This document shows, one piece after another, positions 36,056 to 49,966 of a stretch of 53,875 nucleotides of DNA. The stretch is taken from assembly GCF_001194135.2 (NCBI RefSeq), contig NC_068983.1, positions 91,325,968-91,379,842 of the forward strand, in the 5' to 3' direction. The position numbers and the translations under genes are program-made. The stretch is from Octopus bimaculoides. Its lineage: Eukaryota. A model generated the notes under the pieces. That model did not search any database. It saw nothing but the letters and a program-made list of their open reading frames with translations, and was not told the origin of the DNA. The stretch's first letter is position 1; every line of letters starts with the position of its first letter.

Positions 36056-37952
36056 CTGACAAAGAAAACAGTTTAATATGTTACATTATTTTTGTAAAGA
36101 TCACCATCAATGGATGACAGTGGCTACATTGGTTATTTTATTTTTGTAACACATACACACTTTCCTATTGAAGGAGGGATCTAGGACTTATAGGTTAGAT
36201 TTCAAAACAATATAATAAATAACATAAAACAAATCTAAAAGACTTTTTTATCCGCTTTAAACATGTAATCGTGTCTTTTAAAAAATGCATCACTTTCTTC
36301 ACTTTAAGGGAAAAAATAAAGATAAATTAGTCTAGTCTAAACACAAGAAAATCAAATATAACTGAAGGGGGAAATGTATCTAATATTAAAATAGAAGTAA
36401 CTTTTGATAAGTACAATATTATAACCACAATGTATGAAGTAGTAGTTACAGTAGTGGTGGTTGTTATTTTACCCTAAGTCAGTGTGTTGATCATGAAAAA
36501 GCATTTTAGTCACAAGATCCTGCCATCCCTTTCTTTCAGGTATTGTAAAACTCAGATCAGTCTTTTTTTTAAGATGGTGATGGTTAAGAGAAATACAGCC
36601 ATTTTTACAGAGCAAATATGTAGAAGGCTGCTTCATTGGAAATAGTTGAGCATTGTGGAATTGTTACAGATTTATTGATAGATTATGATTGCAATATACT
36701 TTTGTACATTAATGACTGAAATTAACTTGACATTTTGATATAGTTTAGTAGGGGTAACACAAACTGAGTATATTTAAGATGATGTTTTGAATCAGTACTA
36801 ATTTAGATAGTAAGTAATGCAGTATATACAATGCATTAGCAACTATACATTATGACAATTAAACAGAGAGAGTTGGATATACTTCTAACAGTTTCTTGAT
36901 AAAATCTGTAAAAGTATCATGTATTATAGAATAGATACACTGCAGCCCAGCATGATGCAAGAGGGAATAAATTATTAAGAAGGGCATCCAATAATAATAC
37001 ACTACTGTCAATATAGAAAAATGGCCACAAAACCAATGACGATAATGGCAGAAAAATGTTTTACATTATATACATAAAAAGCAAGAGTTTTATTCACAAA
37101 AGAACCATTTCCCTTTTTCTCTTTGAACTGGCACAGCCTACAATCAACTGCTTTGTGGTACCACTAAAGTAGTTTCTAATTACCATTCATAATCCTGAGG
37201 TCTTAAATTAAGTAACTTAGACCTTACTTCACACCAATAATTATGTATCTGCTGATACTATACAGATGAGAGGAGATTAATAAAAATGATATTCTGGTTT
37301 CATATTAAAACCTCAACATAATGCTAAGATGTTATTTCAATGCACTAAGAAAGAAGTTCAAATTAACTCTTTAGTTGTTGCATAACTCATTTAGTTTTAT
37401 TGAAGTAGTAAATTACAAATTTCTGGATAACTAACCTCATCTTTAGAGTTTATATCTTCACTATATTTCAATTAGCTTTTATCTCAGTTGTTTGTTCTTA
37501 AATGTGTATGGGGTGTTTGAAATAAGAACTTTTATTTCTATAAACTAAACAATCCCAAAAGTCAAGCATAATAAGGTAATTTACTGAATGAGGAATTCAA
37601 CTAGCTGCAAGAATATCATTTTTATTATGGCTATTTAGTTTTAAGACTTTAAGCATGAAATCCTCATTTAGAAAATGGAAGTTTCTTGGAAGAGATGTAG
37701 TTGTTTCAGACAACCAGTTGCTAGGTCAGTGGTTCATGTTTTGTCAACAGCACTCATTGTATCAATTATAGACATAACCCTAAATATATAACAGGAGTAG
37801 TATAGTTCACTAGTATAAGCAACAATAATGTTTAATGGCTTGTAGTGTAGAACTGAATTCCTCCCAGTGTGTTGTCCAAGAGGATATTATACATTTCTCA
37901 TTTAAAGCATGTTACAGAAAACTAAAGTAAGTAGATTGGCAATTCCATAGAT

Positions 37953-38135
37953 CAGCGTTTCTCAACCAGGATTCCCCAGAATCCTAGGGTTTCTGAGAGA
38001 AAGAGTGAGATAAGCTAATACTAATTTCATGATCGTAATATTACTATACAGGCACAACATATTATTGGTTATTGTAATATTGTAATATAGACATCATTGT
38101 ATCTAACCTGTTATGCTATCAAAAAAATATAACAA

Positions 38136-38195
<60 letters not shown>

Positions 38196-38272
38196 TTTTT
38201 TCGTGCAGGGTTCCTTGAGGCATGTAATTCATTTTAAGGCTTACACAAGGGTAAAAAGGTTGAGAAACACTG
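37953..38272. mobile_element. hAT (Charlie-like) MITE in BAP18 intron
   Basis: TIRs CAGCGTTTCTCAACC / GGTTGAGAAACACTG. Degenerate 8-bp TSD CCATAGAT / TCATAGTA with central TA. Internal (TA)n. Confidence 0.8.
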
Positions 38273-38751
38273 TCATAGTAGCTATGTAATCATTTGCTAA
38301 ATTTCACCACTGACTAATATCTCTATCCATAGTCAAGACAGAAATACAAACATTTCATGTTTGACTACATCACTTCAGGGAATAAAGAACTTAGTGTAAG
38401 AGGAATATAATTACACTGACATGACTAAACAATGTGACTACATTCAATGGAAAATTATTGAAAGGTAAAGTGGGAAAAAGCATTTATTGGTAGTATTAAG
38501 TCAAGCCAATGAATCATGACATGAAATAAGACAGCTTTCATAGACAAGAAAGTATCACATAAGATAATACATAACAGTGACTCTTTGGAACTATATATAT
38601 GTTGTAAACGTATTCAATCCAGAAAAGCATAAATAAAATAATTGAGTGGTTAGTGATAGGAAAGACATTCAATGACTACTGAGCAAAGTAAATGTTAATT
38701 ACTACAAACTTACACTTGCTAGGCAAGTCACAAAGGAGATATTTAACTTAC

Positions 38752-38850
38752 CTGAATCAAATTCTAATTTTTTTGAAGCAGAGCTTTCTCCTAAACCTTC
38801 AATATCAACATCACTCTCAGGTGCATTGAGGGCACTTAAAGTGACTTCAG
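38752..38850 (-). CDS. BAP18: BAP18 (C17orf49-like chromatin complex subunit) C-terminal exon
   Basis: TTTTCCAG|CT GAA GTC...GAT TCA G|GTAAGT, 99 nt, phase 1/1. Encodes (A)[32 protein letters not shown], matching my recall of human BAP18 [35 protein letters not shown]. Confidence 0.9.
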
Positions 38851-39198
38851 CTGGAAAACCAAAAAAATTAAATCACAATATTTGTAATTCAATTTAGAAT
38901 AATAATTACTGCATATTTAATCTTTTTGCAACAAAAGTAGTAAAATTCAAATACCATAAGATAGTAATATTTGTTCAAAGCAATCATACAAATTGGGGGA
39001 AACATTAACATAGCAGAAATGTCTTCATCAAAAGACTCAAGTGATATATTGCTTAATAATTTTCATATTTTGTTTATGGCTACATCAATATATCTAGTGC
39101 TTGGTAGTATGAATACTATATACATATATATATACGTATACATACATACATGTATATATATATAAATATACGTATATATGCATCTATATATACATACA

Positions 39199-39234
<36 letters not shown>

Positions 39235-39334
39235 NNNNNNNNNNNNNNNNNNNNNNNNNNNNNNNNNNNNNNNNNNNNNNNNNNNNNNNNNNNNNNNNNN
39301 NNNNNNNNNNNNNNNNNNNNNNNNNNNNNNNNNN
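39235..39334. other. Exactly 100-N scaffold gap (unknown-size convention)
   Basis: Counted 6+60+30+4 N. It lies between the oppositely oriented BAP18 exons. Confidence 0.9.
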
Positions 39335-39830
39335 CATCTGATGCTTCTTAGGACCAACTTTTCTCTCAAGGTACTTACACTCTGTTGAGTATGCACATGT
39401 TTCACTGCCATGTAGCATGGTTGTTTGTACACATGCGTCATACAGTCTACCTTTTACTCTGAGCGAGAGGCCCTTTGTTACCAGCAGAGGTAAGAGCNNN
39501 NNNNNNNACAGTCTACCTTTTACTCTGAGCGAGAGGCCCTTTGTTACCAGCAGAGGTAAGAGCTCTCTGAACTTTGCCCAGACTATTCTTATTCTGGCAG
39601 CTCCACTTTCAGTGCACCCACCCCTGCTCCTGACCTGGTCACCTAGATAATGGAAGCTATCAACTACTTCTCATTTTTCTCCCTGGAATATGGCAGAAGT
39701 TGTTTTCTGCACATTTTCAGTGTTTATTGCTCTTGAGCATCTGCCACATACAAAAACTATCCTCCCAGTTAGCCTTCCTTTGATATTGCTGCACCTTTTA
39801 TGTGTCCATAGCTTACACTGGGTACATCTT
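39335..39830 (-). mobile_element. RTE LINE RT C-terminal fragment
   Basis: Reverse complement of the 10030-10540 type sequence. A 10-N gap inside has duplicated flanks. Confidence 0.9.
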
Positions 39831-39914
39831 AGAGTTTCTACCTTTGCATATACATGTCTATGTGCCTATGTATATACATGCATGTATGTATATATGCATG
39901 TACGTATATATATA

Positions 39915-41411
39915 CAAGGTCTGATCAATAAGTATCTGGACTATTGCCATAGTAACAAAGCTAAAGCATTCAGAGTAAAGCTGCTTGGCAAAGATTAACC
40001 TTAGACTCTGCTCTGCATGCACACTAAGTTATAATGTTTTAGTTCACATCTGTTTACGGCAGTGCTTGGAAGGAAGGTCTGTAGCGTGTGATCATCACAT
40101 TGACCTTGACAGAGAAAGTTGGGATCTATTTCAAAACGTGGGCACCAGTTTTCATTTATGTTTTATGTAGTGTTTTTGGTACCGAAAGACTTTCAAACTT
40201 CGTATACTTATATATTTTGTGTTATAGAACAGAAAAAAATTTTTGTATTCGAATTTATTTCATGTAAAAAAATTGTCTTATTTCGATAATTTCTACTAAT
40301 CACTGACGTCTATTCAGTTGAAAACAGTTAGCGCTGTAACGGTGTATATCGTATTAATCCCCTAACCCTAACCCTAACCCTAAAACTAACCCTAACTCTA
40401 GAATCCGAACTCTAAAATTGTTACACACATAGATACGCACAGCTTAATTTATTATATAAACAATATATGCGTATAAATTACCTTTAAACCGGATGAAATA
40501 TGTCACAGGGAATAACGTTTTTATGACCGCCCAGCAGTAACTCTATTCAGCTGAATAGATGTCAGTGATTGGTTGAAATTACAGAAATACGACAACTTTA
40601 ACATGGAATAACTTGCGATGTACGTTTTTTTGTTAAGAAGACTAAGAGTAAAAGATGTTTTATATGACACATTCTACCAGTGTCCCAAGTTTCAAAGTGT
40701 TTTGTTAGTGTTTCGTTAAGAAAATACTGGTGCCCCCGCTTTGAAATAGATCGCAAAGTTATCATGGGAATACCTGCTCAGAGTACTACGCAAAGTCGCA
40801 GAAAATGCATGGAATGGTGTGAATGAGCTGCACACAAGTGTATAAGTGGTTCAGGCGTGTCCAAGATGGCTGAAAAAATGTCGATATTGTCGAACGTTTT
40901 GGAAGAACCACAACCAGCGGAACTAAGTCGCAAATTTGTATGTAGTTGTGAGGGGAAACCATCGAATCACTATCCATGAGTTATCAGAGCATGTACAGAT
41001 TAGTTACAGTTCAGTTCAATCCATTTGTCACTGAAGATTTGGGTACGAGACAAGTGTCTGTCAAGTTTGTGCTAAAACTGCTTTCAGCTGACCAAAAAGA
41101 CACTTGGGTTTCAGTTGCGCAAGACGTCCTTGATTGTATTGAGAATGATAAAAACTTTTCGAAAACTTTGCGTAGGCCTCTGAGCAGGTATCACCAAGCT
41201 TTTGACAAAATTTTGTGGCAAATTCTCTGCTCAGATTTCTCTGCCTTGGTCAATGTGACAATCACACACTACACACCTTCCTTTCAAGCACTGTTGTAAA
41301 ACAGCAGAAGTGAGCTAGAACGTAAAAACTTAGTGCAGAGTTCACTGTAGAATTCAAGGTCAATCTGTGCCAAGTGGCTTCTCTCTGCAGATACTTATTG
41401 ATCAATCCACA
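39915..41411 (+). mobile_element. Non-autonomous mariner derivative with ~200-bp inverted arms and the N-terminal half of the transposase
   Basis: TA|CAAGGTCTGATCAATAAGTATCTGG, with CAGATACTTATTGATCA at 41388-41404. HTH relic QVYKWFRRVQDG*KNVDIVERFGRTTTS and linker EDLGTRQVSVKFVLKLLSADQK. Confidence 0.8.
40127..40748. mobile_element. MITE / fold-back element with GATC flanks and a central telomere-type repeat
   Basis: GATC|TATTTCAAAACGTGGGCACCAGT ... ACTGGTGCCCCCGCTTTGAAATA|GATC. (CCCTAA)4 plus degenerate units at 40360-40400. Confidence 0.85.
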
Positions 41412-41750
41412 TATGTATGGCTGTATGTATATATATGTCGATATGTATGTATGTATGCATGCATGTATATTTATATACACGCATGTATGTACATATATAT
41501 GCATGGATGTATGTAATATATATATATATATAATTGAAGAAATTGGAGTCAACAAGAAGGAGTACGGTTAGACAATTGATTTGATGCAAATTTTGTATTG
41601 ACACAAGATGAATGCCCAATCTTAAACTTGGAAATATATAATACTACCAGATATTACTGGGCAACTCTGAAGGTATAAGAGCTGTACTCTACACTTTGAA
41701 TACTGTACTCTACCATATTCCCAACGGAATATACCATTACTATATATGTA

Positions 41751-42040
41751 CAGGGTATCCCAAAAGTCACTGATGGATTTCAGTTTTTAATAACTTCCTT
41801 AACTTTACAAATAAATGCATGAAATTTTGATACAATATAAAGGACATAATGGAAATTAATATGCACAAGTCAAATTTTGCAGCCCCACTACATCATATAT
41901 GAAAAATGACATAGCTTAAATGGCAGCCTATTTCAGCTTTGCATGCCTGTACTCTTTCGAAAACTTGCACCATAACACCCTCAAAAGTTTCAGACCCCAC
42001 TTTTCTGATTCCTCTTTTGATGTTCCCCTTGTCTTGGCAA
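41751..42040 (-). mobile_element. Tc1/mariner-superfamily element, 3' end and TIR
   Basis: TA|CAGGGTATCCCAAAAGTCAC is TIR-like. Minus translation GNIKRGIRKVGSETFEGVMVQVFERVQACKAEIGCHLSY resembles a transposase C-terminus. Confidence 0.55.
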
Positions 42041-42890
42041 GTTATTTGCGCTTTATTGCCATTTTCATAATATGCATATGAAATGATATATCATGACATA
42101 TACTGATCCCCAAATCTCTCACTGCCTGTGACTCTGGGATTGCAGTGCCTTTGAGTCTTGTATACGCAAGCTGCAATGCATTTGTGAGTTGATAGTGCAG
42201 TGCTTTAAATTTTCCAGCATTAAACTGCATGTTGTTTTCCTCACTTGTATATTGCATTTAGGTCCTGCTGTAAGGTCCTGCAACACCATCTGGGTTCTTT
42301 ATTGCCTGTAATAATTTTGTATCACTGGCTGTCTGAGTGACCATGGGCATGTCTTAGAGAGCTATTATAAACATTAATGGCCTCAAGACAGTTCACTGAG
42401 AGATACCACTTAGAATTTGTGTTTCCTTAGAAAGGGCACTATTGGCTGTCACTGCTTGACGTCTATTTTTTAAGAAGTCATGCAGCCTCTTTCCCAGTTT
42501 ACCAATGATGCCAAGGTCTTCCAACTCGTGACATATTATTCCATGACCCACCTTATCAAAAGCAATTGTGAAATCAAGTTTATCAACATGCCATCTGAAT
42601 GGTCAAATAGCTGCTTCAAAACCCAATCATGGTATTATAAGAGCTGTTTAAGACAACAGCTTCTTCTAGGATGGAGGCCATGCTGTGTATTGCTGAATAA
42701 GTCATTTTCTTCTAGGAATGTTATCAATTTCTATGTGATGATTTGTTCCATAACTTTACTGAAATGGGAAATCAGAGAAATTGGCCTACATTTTTTAGAT
42801 TCTGCTCTACTCTCACCTTTCACAGAATTTATGGTAAACCTGTTGGGTTATTTCTGAAAACTTTATCCAACAAACCTGAAAGTGTAGCCT
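42040..42890 (-). mobile_element. CR1-like LINE RT fragment
   Basis: AFDKVGHGIICHELEDLGIIGKLGKRLHDFLKNRRQ and AIPESQAVRDLGI. Same family as 5690-5990. Confidence 0.8.
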
Positions 42891-43059
42891 GTGTTGTGTC
42901 TGTATGGGAAGATAGTTGCTTATCTGCTTCTCATTGAAAAGTGAAAGAAATTGGAATATGATGATTACTTAATGCACTTTATATATACACTTTATATACT
43001 TTATGCACAGCACTCCTAAATTAAATTTTCACTCTTATTTTTCCATTTCCTCATTAACA

Positions 43060-43440
43060 GGCGCAGGAGTGGCTATGTGGTAAGTAGCTTGCTTACCAAC
43101 CACATGGTTCTGGGTTCAGTCCCACTGCGTGACACCTTGGGCAAGTGTCTTCTACTATAGCCTTGGGCCGACCAAAGCCTTGTGAGTGGATTTGGTAGAC
43201 GGAAACTGAAAGAAGCCCGTCGTATATATGTATATATAAATGTGTGTTTGTCCCCCAACCATCACTTGACAACTGATGCTGATGTGTTTACGTCCCCGTA
43301 ACTTAGTGGTTTGGCAAAAGAGACCGATAGAATAAGAACTAGGCTTCCAAAGAATTAGTCCTGGGCTCGATTTGCTCGACTAAAGGCGGTGCTCCAGCAT
43401 GGCCACAGTCAAATGACTGAAACAAGTAAAAGGAGAGTAA
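43060..43440 (+). mobile_element. tRNA-derived SINE, full length
   Basis: GGCGCAGGAGTGGCTATGTGGTAAG (A-box-like), GGGTTCAGTCCC (B-box-like), body, and 3' end AAATGACTGAAACAAGTAAAAG. Confidence 0.9.
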
Positions 43441-46054
43441 CAAAAAAAATATCCCATACATATGATACATATGTATCATATGTGCATATATCTGCTATAT
43501 AAATAAGCGTGAATATTTAACGGAATTGCACTTATGCGCATGTGATAGGTGATATAAAAAGCTTGGCTCAATTAAAAAGAAATGCACTTTTCACTATCCA
43601 GTCACCACCACCACCATCATCGTCTCTCTCTCTACCCTCTCCCTCTCCTCTCTATCTCTCCCTCCTCTCCCCTCTCCTCCCTATCTCTTTCCCCTCTCTC
43701 TGCCTTTCTTTAACCTCACCATCAGAACATCACCTCTCTTGCTAAAATTATATTTTTAACTCTCTTCCTACTTTCAACTAACTTTTTTAACCACATAACA
43801 AATATGTTCCTCCTGCATCACGTCATGGACACTTCTCTCTCCTCCTTTGCTTTCTCCATCTTTCTGTCTCACTCTTCGCCTTTTTCTCATTTTCTCTTTT
43901 TTCTTTCTCTCTTCTCTTTCTCTTCAACTGATCATGTGAAAGCATTACAATTACATTGCTTCTCTCTCCCTCTTTTCTCCCTCTCTCCTTTTCTTTCTAA
44001 TCACATGAAAGCATTACCAACAGGCTAAGTAATGCAATGACAAGCAGATGTATTATCAGATGAATTTTTGTAAAAATGAATCTTTGAAAATATCTAAATG
44101 TAATTTTTACTGCACTTTATCTTGGAGAGCATCCAAAAAAAAAAAAAAACATTTCAATACTTTTTTTGTGAAATTTGGATGAATATATGACAGTTTTAGA
44201 GGGTCAGCAAACTGGTTGAAATCTTGCTTAATTGACCAAAATGAATAATTAGCCATTTGAAACTGAGGTGATAATCATCTTCAAATTACACAAATTAAAA
44301 GTGAATGTTGCCTATTTTTTGTAAGGTTCTTAGAAAGAAAACTTTTTTTGTCAATTTTTTCAATAGTTATGTAAAGCCTATTTTGTTACAAGTCACAAAC
44401 AGTCAATTTCATATTGTTTTCAGACCTAGTTAAATCCAAAGGTACAAGCCACAGGGACTTGAGCTTTGGCATATTTGTAGTTGGTATAGAAAGAAAGAAA
44501 TCCTGAGATTTTTGGATCTCACAACAGTTCTATATAATCTTAATGGACCGTTAAAAATGGTTATAAATGGTGGAGTTTTGGATCAGGATTTCTACATCAG
44601 TTGGATTTTCTCCGTTTTGATGGGTTTTTTTTCCATTTCCTGTTTTCTTTTTGGCTAATGATCTTGTGTGCTAGATTGACCGACTTGCACTTAAAATTCC
44701 CAAAACTTGTTAGTTACTTTGGTGACAACACTATTTATCTTTCTAGCCATCGACCACACTCTCTCCCACTTTCTCTTTCTCACATAGTGTTTCTCTTTTC
44801 ACAAAAACTTTTTCTCCTCTCCTTAAAATACATTGTAATGCATATTTTGATTCCTCCCCTTCTTTCCCTCCCTCTTACTGATGTTATGACAGACAGACAG
44901 ACAGATGGAGATTTGCTTCTCTCTTATAATGTAAGATTGTAAATCAGTTAAAGAAAAATATCATAGTGATATTTTCAGCAGAGGATAAATTTGAATATAT
45001 GCCAAATCTTCTCTAATAAGTGACAGATCATTTAAATGGCTGGGAATTGAAACCAAATTGTAAACTGAACATACAGGAAATTTCTTAATCTTTAAGCATA
45101 CTGATTTGCCCCTAGAATAGTTTCCTCTGCATTATTTTGGGGCAGCATAAGACATGAGCACCTACTGTTTTAAAATTGTTATAACTTTCATATTGTGTGT
45201 ACAGATTTGATTTTTATGTATAAAGGAATGGATGAATAGTAGTTTTATGTAATGCATTAAGGATGAAAGAGTTACCCCTCAGAAATGTACCTCCTTGGGG
45301 CCAGTGCTTTCCTTCAATCAGCCAGGCATAGCTGATAGTATTCACTCAGTACATTGTTCTCATTTTGAATTAAAATAGCTTTCGTAATTTTCCAAATAAC
45401 TTTCAAATCATATCTCTTTAAATACTTGCAATATTCTCTCCCTGTTTCATAACCCATGTGTTCCCAACTTTCATAACTTGTAATTCTTTAATTCATCAAA
45501 TAACTTTCAGACCTTTAAATCCTTGCAATATTCTCTTTCCCTGTTTCATAACTTATGTATTCCCATACTTTGCCATGATTCTCTCCTTGTCTTATAACAA
45601 GTGTTTCACTAGTGTCTTCTTACTGCTATTTCTATTTCTTGTGGTGAAGCTGGCCATTACTTGTCCATGATGCAGCTATCCATTCCTGCCCCCACCTCCT
45701 ATACTGGAAGTCTCTTCTCTTGTACTGGAAACCCCTACAGGCTCTGCCTCACTTTTGTACCAAAAGACCTGCACACCTCCGTCCCTCCCTCCCACCTCCA
45801 CCAGTCATCCACACTACTGCATGCACCAAAAGGACATATGTTACTTAATAAATTAACAAACCACCTACCTCTTTCTCTATATATATGTTGGACTAATCAA
45901 GAGCAGCTCATTTACTTAATTTAAATATTGACCTATTTATATTTGCAGCAGTAACACTTATACTTACAATGCTTACATTACTCATCACCAATAGAGGTAA
46001 CAATTTTAACATGTTTGAATAATGATAGATTAAAGTGAGAACAACTTTTGTGAC

Positions 46055-49000
46055 ATGTCTGTTATCAAACGATCACCGAAACCTTTTTTTCAGGTGCTGA
46101 ATACCATCACTCCTTCCCATGTTCCTTTCCCAGTTTTCAGAGTTGACACTGTCAATGTAGACACATTGAAAGGTAGATTTAGCGAGATTGTTGAGATTCT
46201 TGAACAGAGACATGTTGATGAATGTTGCATCCTAGAGGTAAGGTGGAAAGGAGCTTCAGTCAGGTTCCTCACAGGGAAGACACATAGGTGTAAAATCTTC
46301 TGGGAAGGTAACAGTGACGGGATAGATAGTGTGGGCATACTTCTTGGAGAGAAATGGGTGGATAAAGTCATAGAGGTAGTCAGAGTGTGTGATAGAGTGC
46401 TTAAGTTCAAGCTAGTCTTGTAGAATAGTATAGCAACAATTATCTCTGCCTATGCCCCACAAGCGGGCTTATCGAATGAACAGAAGGACCGCTTTTATGA
46501 TATTCTTCTGCAGGTTATCTCAAAGACGAGTCACAATGATCTCATATTCGTAGCTGGGGATTTCAATAGTCATGTCAGACAGCAGCCTGGTATCTTCCAT
46601 GGTGTACATGCGGGCCATGGAATTGGTTTCTAAAACAAAGATGGAACAAGGCTATTGGAGTTCTGTGATGCAAACAACCTACTGATCTGCAACACCAACT
46701 CTAAGAAGCCAGCCAGTCAGTCACCTGATAACCTATCAATCAGCTGACTGTGCTAGCCAGATTGATGACATTCTCACCAGACGGGGATGCATGGTTGCTC
46801 TTAAATACAAAGACCCTCCCTGGTGAAGAATGTACCCCCTAGCATAGTCTAGTCATTAATAACATTAGATTCCAGGCCAGAAAGGTACCAACAAGCAGAC
46901 CAATCTGGAAAAGAAGGATTTGGAAGCTTAAGAACCCTTCATATGGTTAGAGATTTAGGGACATCCTAATTGAGAAATTTGATGAGAGGGAGGAGGAGCT
47001 ATAGACTTGTGATATAGAGGGCAATTGAGAATTCCTGCAGGACAGTTTACTGATGCAAAGTCCCATCCAGACCTATGATAATGTAGTGGTAGAACAATGC
47101 TGTAGACAGGGCCATTAGAGCAAAGAAACAGGTCTAGAAGAGTGCGGGTAGCAAGAAACTGTATCAGATAACCAGAAGGCAAGCTAGGAGGCAGGTATAT
47201 CTAGCCAAGGGAGTAGCAGGAAAGAAGTTTGCCTATGTTTAGTGACATGAGGACCAAAGAACTGAAGCGTTTCAGGTTGCAAGACAGTGTGTGAGAGAAA
47301 ACTGTGATGTCATAAGAGAGAAATGTGTCTGCATGGATGATGGTGCACTTGTATTTAATGATTCTGCAAAGAAAGAGGCTTGGAAATGCCATTATGAAAG
47401 CCTGCTGAATGTGTAGAATGAATGGGAGGAGGAGAGTGCCAAATGTTGACCCAGTTGAGGACCAGCTATCTGAATCAATAGTACCTTGGTAGATAAAGCA
47501 ATTAAGGATATGAAGATAGGAAAAGCCCCTGGCCCATCAGGAATCATGGCTGAGCTGCTTAAAATATCTGGTGGTGTGGGTTATGGTCTAGTAACCCATT
47601 TTGTAAATCAGGTAGTTCATGCAGAAGTCACACCCAATGCCTTAGAAATAGTTACAAAGGTATCAAATTGTTGGATCATGTGATGAAAGTTATGGAGAGA
47701 GTCATAGCCCAACTAATTAGGGAGAGAGTTAGTCTAGATGAAACGCAGTTTGGTTTTGTGCTAGGGTAAAGCACCACTGATGCTAATATTTCTGGTAAGG
47801 CAGTTGCAGGAGAAATACATAACCAAAGATAAACCTCTGTACTTTTGTTGACATGGAGAAAGCCTTTGACAGGGTCCCCTGATTCCTTATCTGGTAGTCA
47901 GTGTGGAAACTACAGATAGATGAGTAGTTGGTGAGAGCTGTACAAGCCATATGCGGGGACGCAACCAGTAAAGTGAGGGTTAGCAACAAGTACAGTAAAG
48001 AATTCAGTTCATCATAGTCCACCTGGCAATAACAGGGAGCTCCTCTGTGCTGATAACCTTGTTCTTAATGCTGAATCACTACCGGAACTAGAAAAGAAGT
48101 TCCAGGTGTGGAAGCAAGGTATAGAATCGAAGGAACTTAGAGTTAACCTAGCAAAAACTAAAGTGTTAGTGAGTAGGAAGGCAAATAAATCACAAATCCC
48201 TTCAGGTAGATGGCCCTGCTCAGTCTGTAGAAAAGGTATCGAAACTCCATAAGATGCACTTGGTGTAATCTATAGACGCATAAAAGGTGCAGCAATATCA
48301 GAGGAAGGTTAACAGGGAAAATAAGCTTTTGTATGTGGAAAATGCACAGGTACAATAAACACCAAAAATGTACAGAAGATAGACTCCATCAACTGCTAGG
48401 TGAGTAAGCTAGAGGTAGTAGATAGCTTCCGTTATCTAGTTGACCAAGTTAATAGTAGAGGTGGATGCTCTGGGAGCATAGCCCTGAGAATAAGATTAGG
48501 CTGGGCAATGTTCAGAGAGCTCCAACCTTTGCTGGCAACAAAGGGCCTCTCTCTCAGAGAGATTGTATGGTGCCTGTGTGCAAACAGCTATGCTACATAG
48601 CAGTGAAACATGGGCTATGACAGTCAAGGACATGCATCGTTTTGAAAGAAATGCAGCCAGTATGCTTCACTGGATGTGCACTGGCAGTGTGTATGTTCAA
48701 CAGAGTGTAAGCATCTTGAGAGGAAAGTTAGGCATAAAAAGCATCAGATGTGGTGTGCAAGAGAGACGACTGCACTGACATGGTCATGTGATGCGTATGG
48801 ACGAGGAGAGCTGTGTAAAGAATTGCTGAGCTCTAATTGTGGAGGAAACCTGTGGTAGAGGTAGACCCAGGAAGACATGGGACAAGGTGGTGAAGCATGA
48901 TCTTCGAACTTTGGGCCCCACAGAGGCAATGACTAGTGACCGAGACCTTTGGCAATATGCTGTGCTTGAGAAGACCCGTCAAGCCAAGTAAAATTGTTGT

Positions 49001-49420
49001 GGCTGATGCTTATGTCATGTAACTGGCACCTGTGCCAGTGGCACATAAAAAGCACTTTTCAAGTTTTGTGCCTCATGGAGGTAAAGTGGCTGAGCTCTGT
49101 GAGGCCTAATACTTGAAAAAGTATTGGGTCTCACGGAGGCAATGACCAAGACCTTAGGCATTATGTCACGCTTGAGAAAAAAACCCATCAAGCTGGGCAA
49201 AATCACATTCGTGGCAGATACCGATGTCATGCAAATTTCACCCGTGACGGCACATAAAAGCACCCATTGCACCTTTGGACTGGTTGGCATTAGGAAGGGC
49301 ATCAAGCTGTAGAAATCATGCCAAATTAGACTGGAGTCTGGTGCAGCATGCTAGCCCTAGTCAAACTGTCCAACCCATACCAGCATGGACAACAGACATT
49401 AAATAATGATGATGATAACT
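46055..49420 (+). mobile_element. RTE LINE, near-complete but heavily mutated ORF2 (APE endonuclease and RT) plus 3'UTR
   Basis: TVNVDTLKGRFSEIVEILEQRHVDECCILEVRWKG..VGILLGEKWVDKVIEV, KAPGPSGIMAELLK, RT segments, and tail GACAACAGACATTAAATAATGATGATGAT. Confidence 0.9.
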
Positions 49421-49966
49421 GTAAGCACAGTCTACTTCCTCATCATCAAATAATTTTACCATCAATATCTTCGTGGCCAATTTCATTCAATAAAAGATCC
49501 AAAACACTAAGTTTGATTTCAAAGCTTTATTACTTCATGGTTAGTTTATAAACAATGAAATGGCATCGGAACACAGAAGTTTAGTCTCATTCTGACTTGA
49601 AAAGTAACCTGTTCTGGAAATAAATGGTGCAAAATGTTTATTTTAAGCACCCTTCCTAAAGCAACAAAATATGCCTACAGCTATATGGGAGAAAATCCAT
49701 GGGTGACAAATTGCAACAACAGCGCAGAGAAGGTTAAATGTTTTTAAAAGTCTTCTGCAGCTTATAAGTACTCAAATATGACATAATGGTGTAAACACCT
49801 ATCATAATCTGGTCAAGCTGAGTGATGTGTACAATGCAATGGCTGTAGCAGAGTTTGATCTTAATGATCAGAGGCCTAATGTCTTAACTTTAATTTCTGT
49901 TTGAATGCTCTCGCGCTACATTTTCTGTTGTGTATTGAAGATTCTCTTTTTATTTTTTATTTTCAG

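Noticed and set aside
40360-40400. (CCCTAA)n as a real telomere or chromosome-fusion scar
   Set aside because: Only about 5 units, and they lie inside a TIR-bounded element with duplicated flanks.
39335-49966. Search for the BAP18 start exon (ATG...AAG|GT) on the plus strand
   Set aside because: Candidate AAG|GT sites (about 41670, 44440, 49735) lack a plausible in-frame ATG and N-terminus, so none is called.
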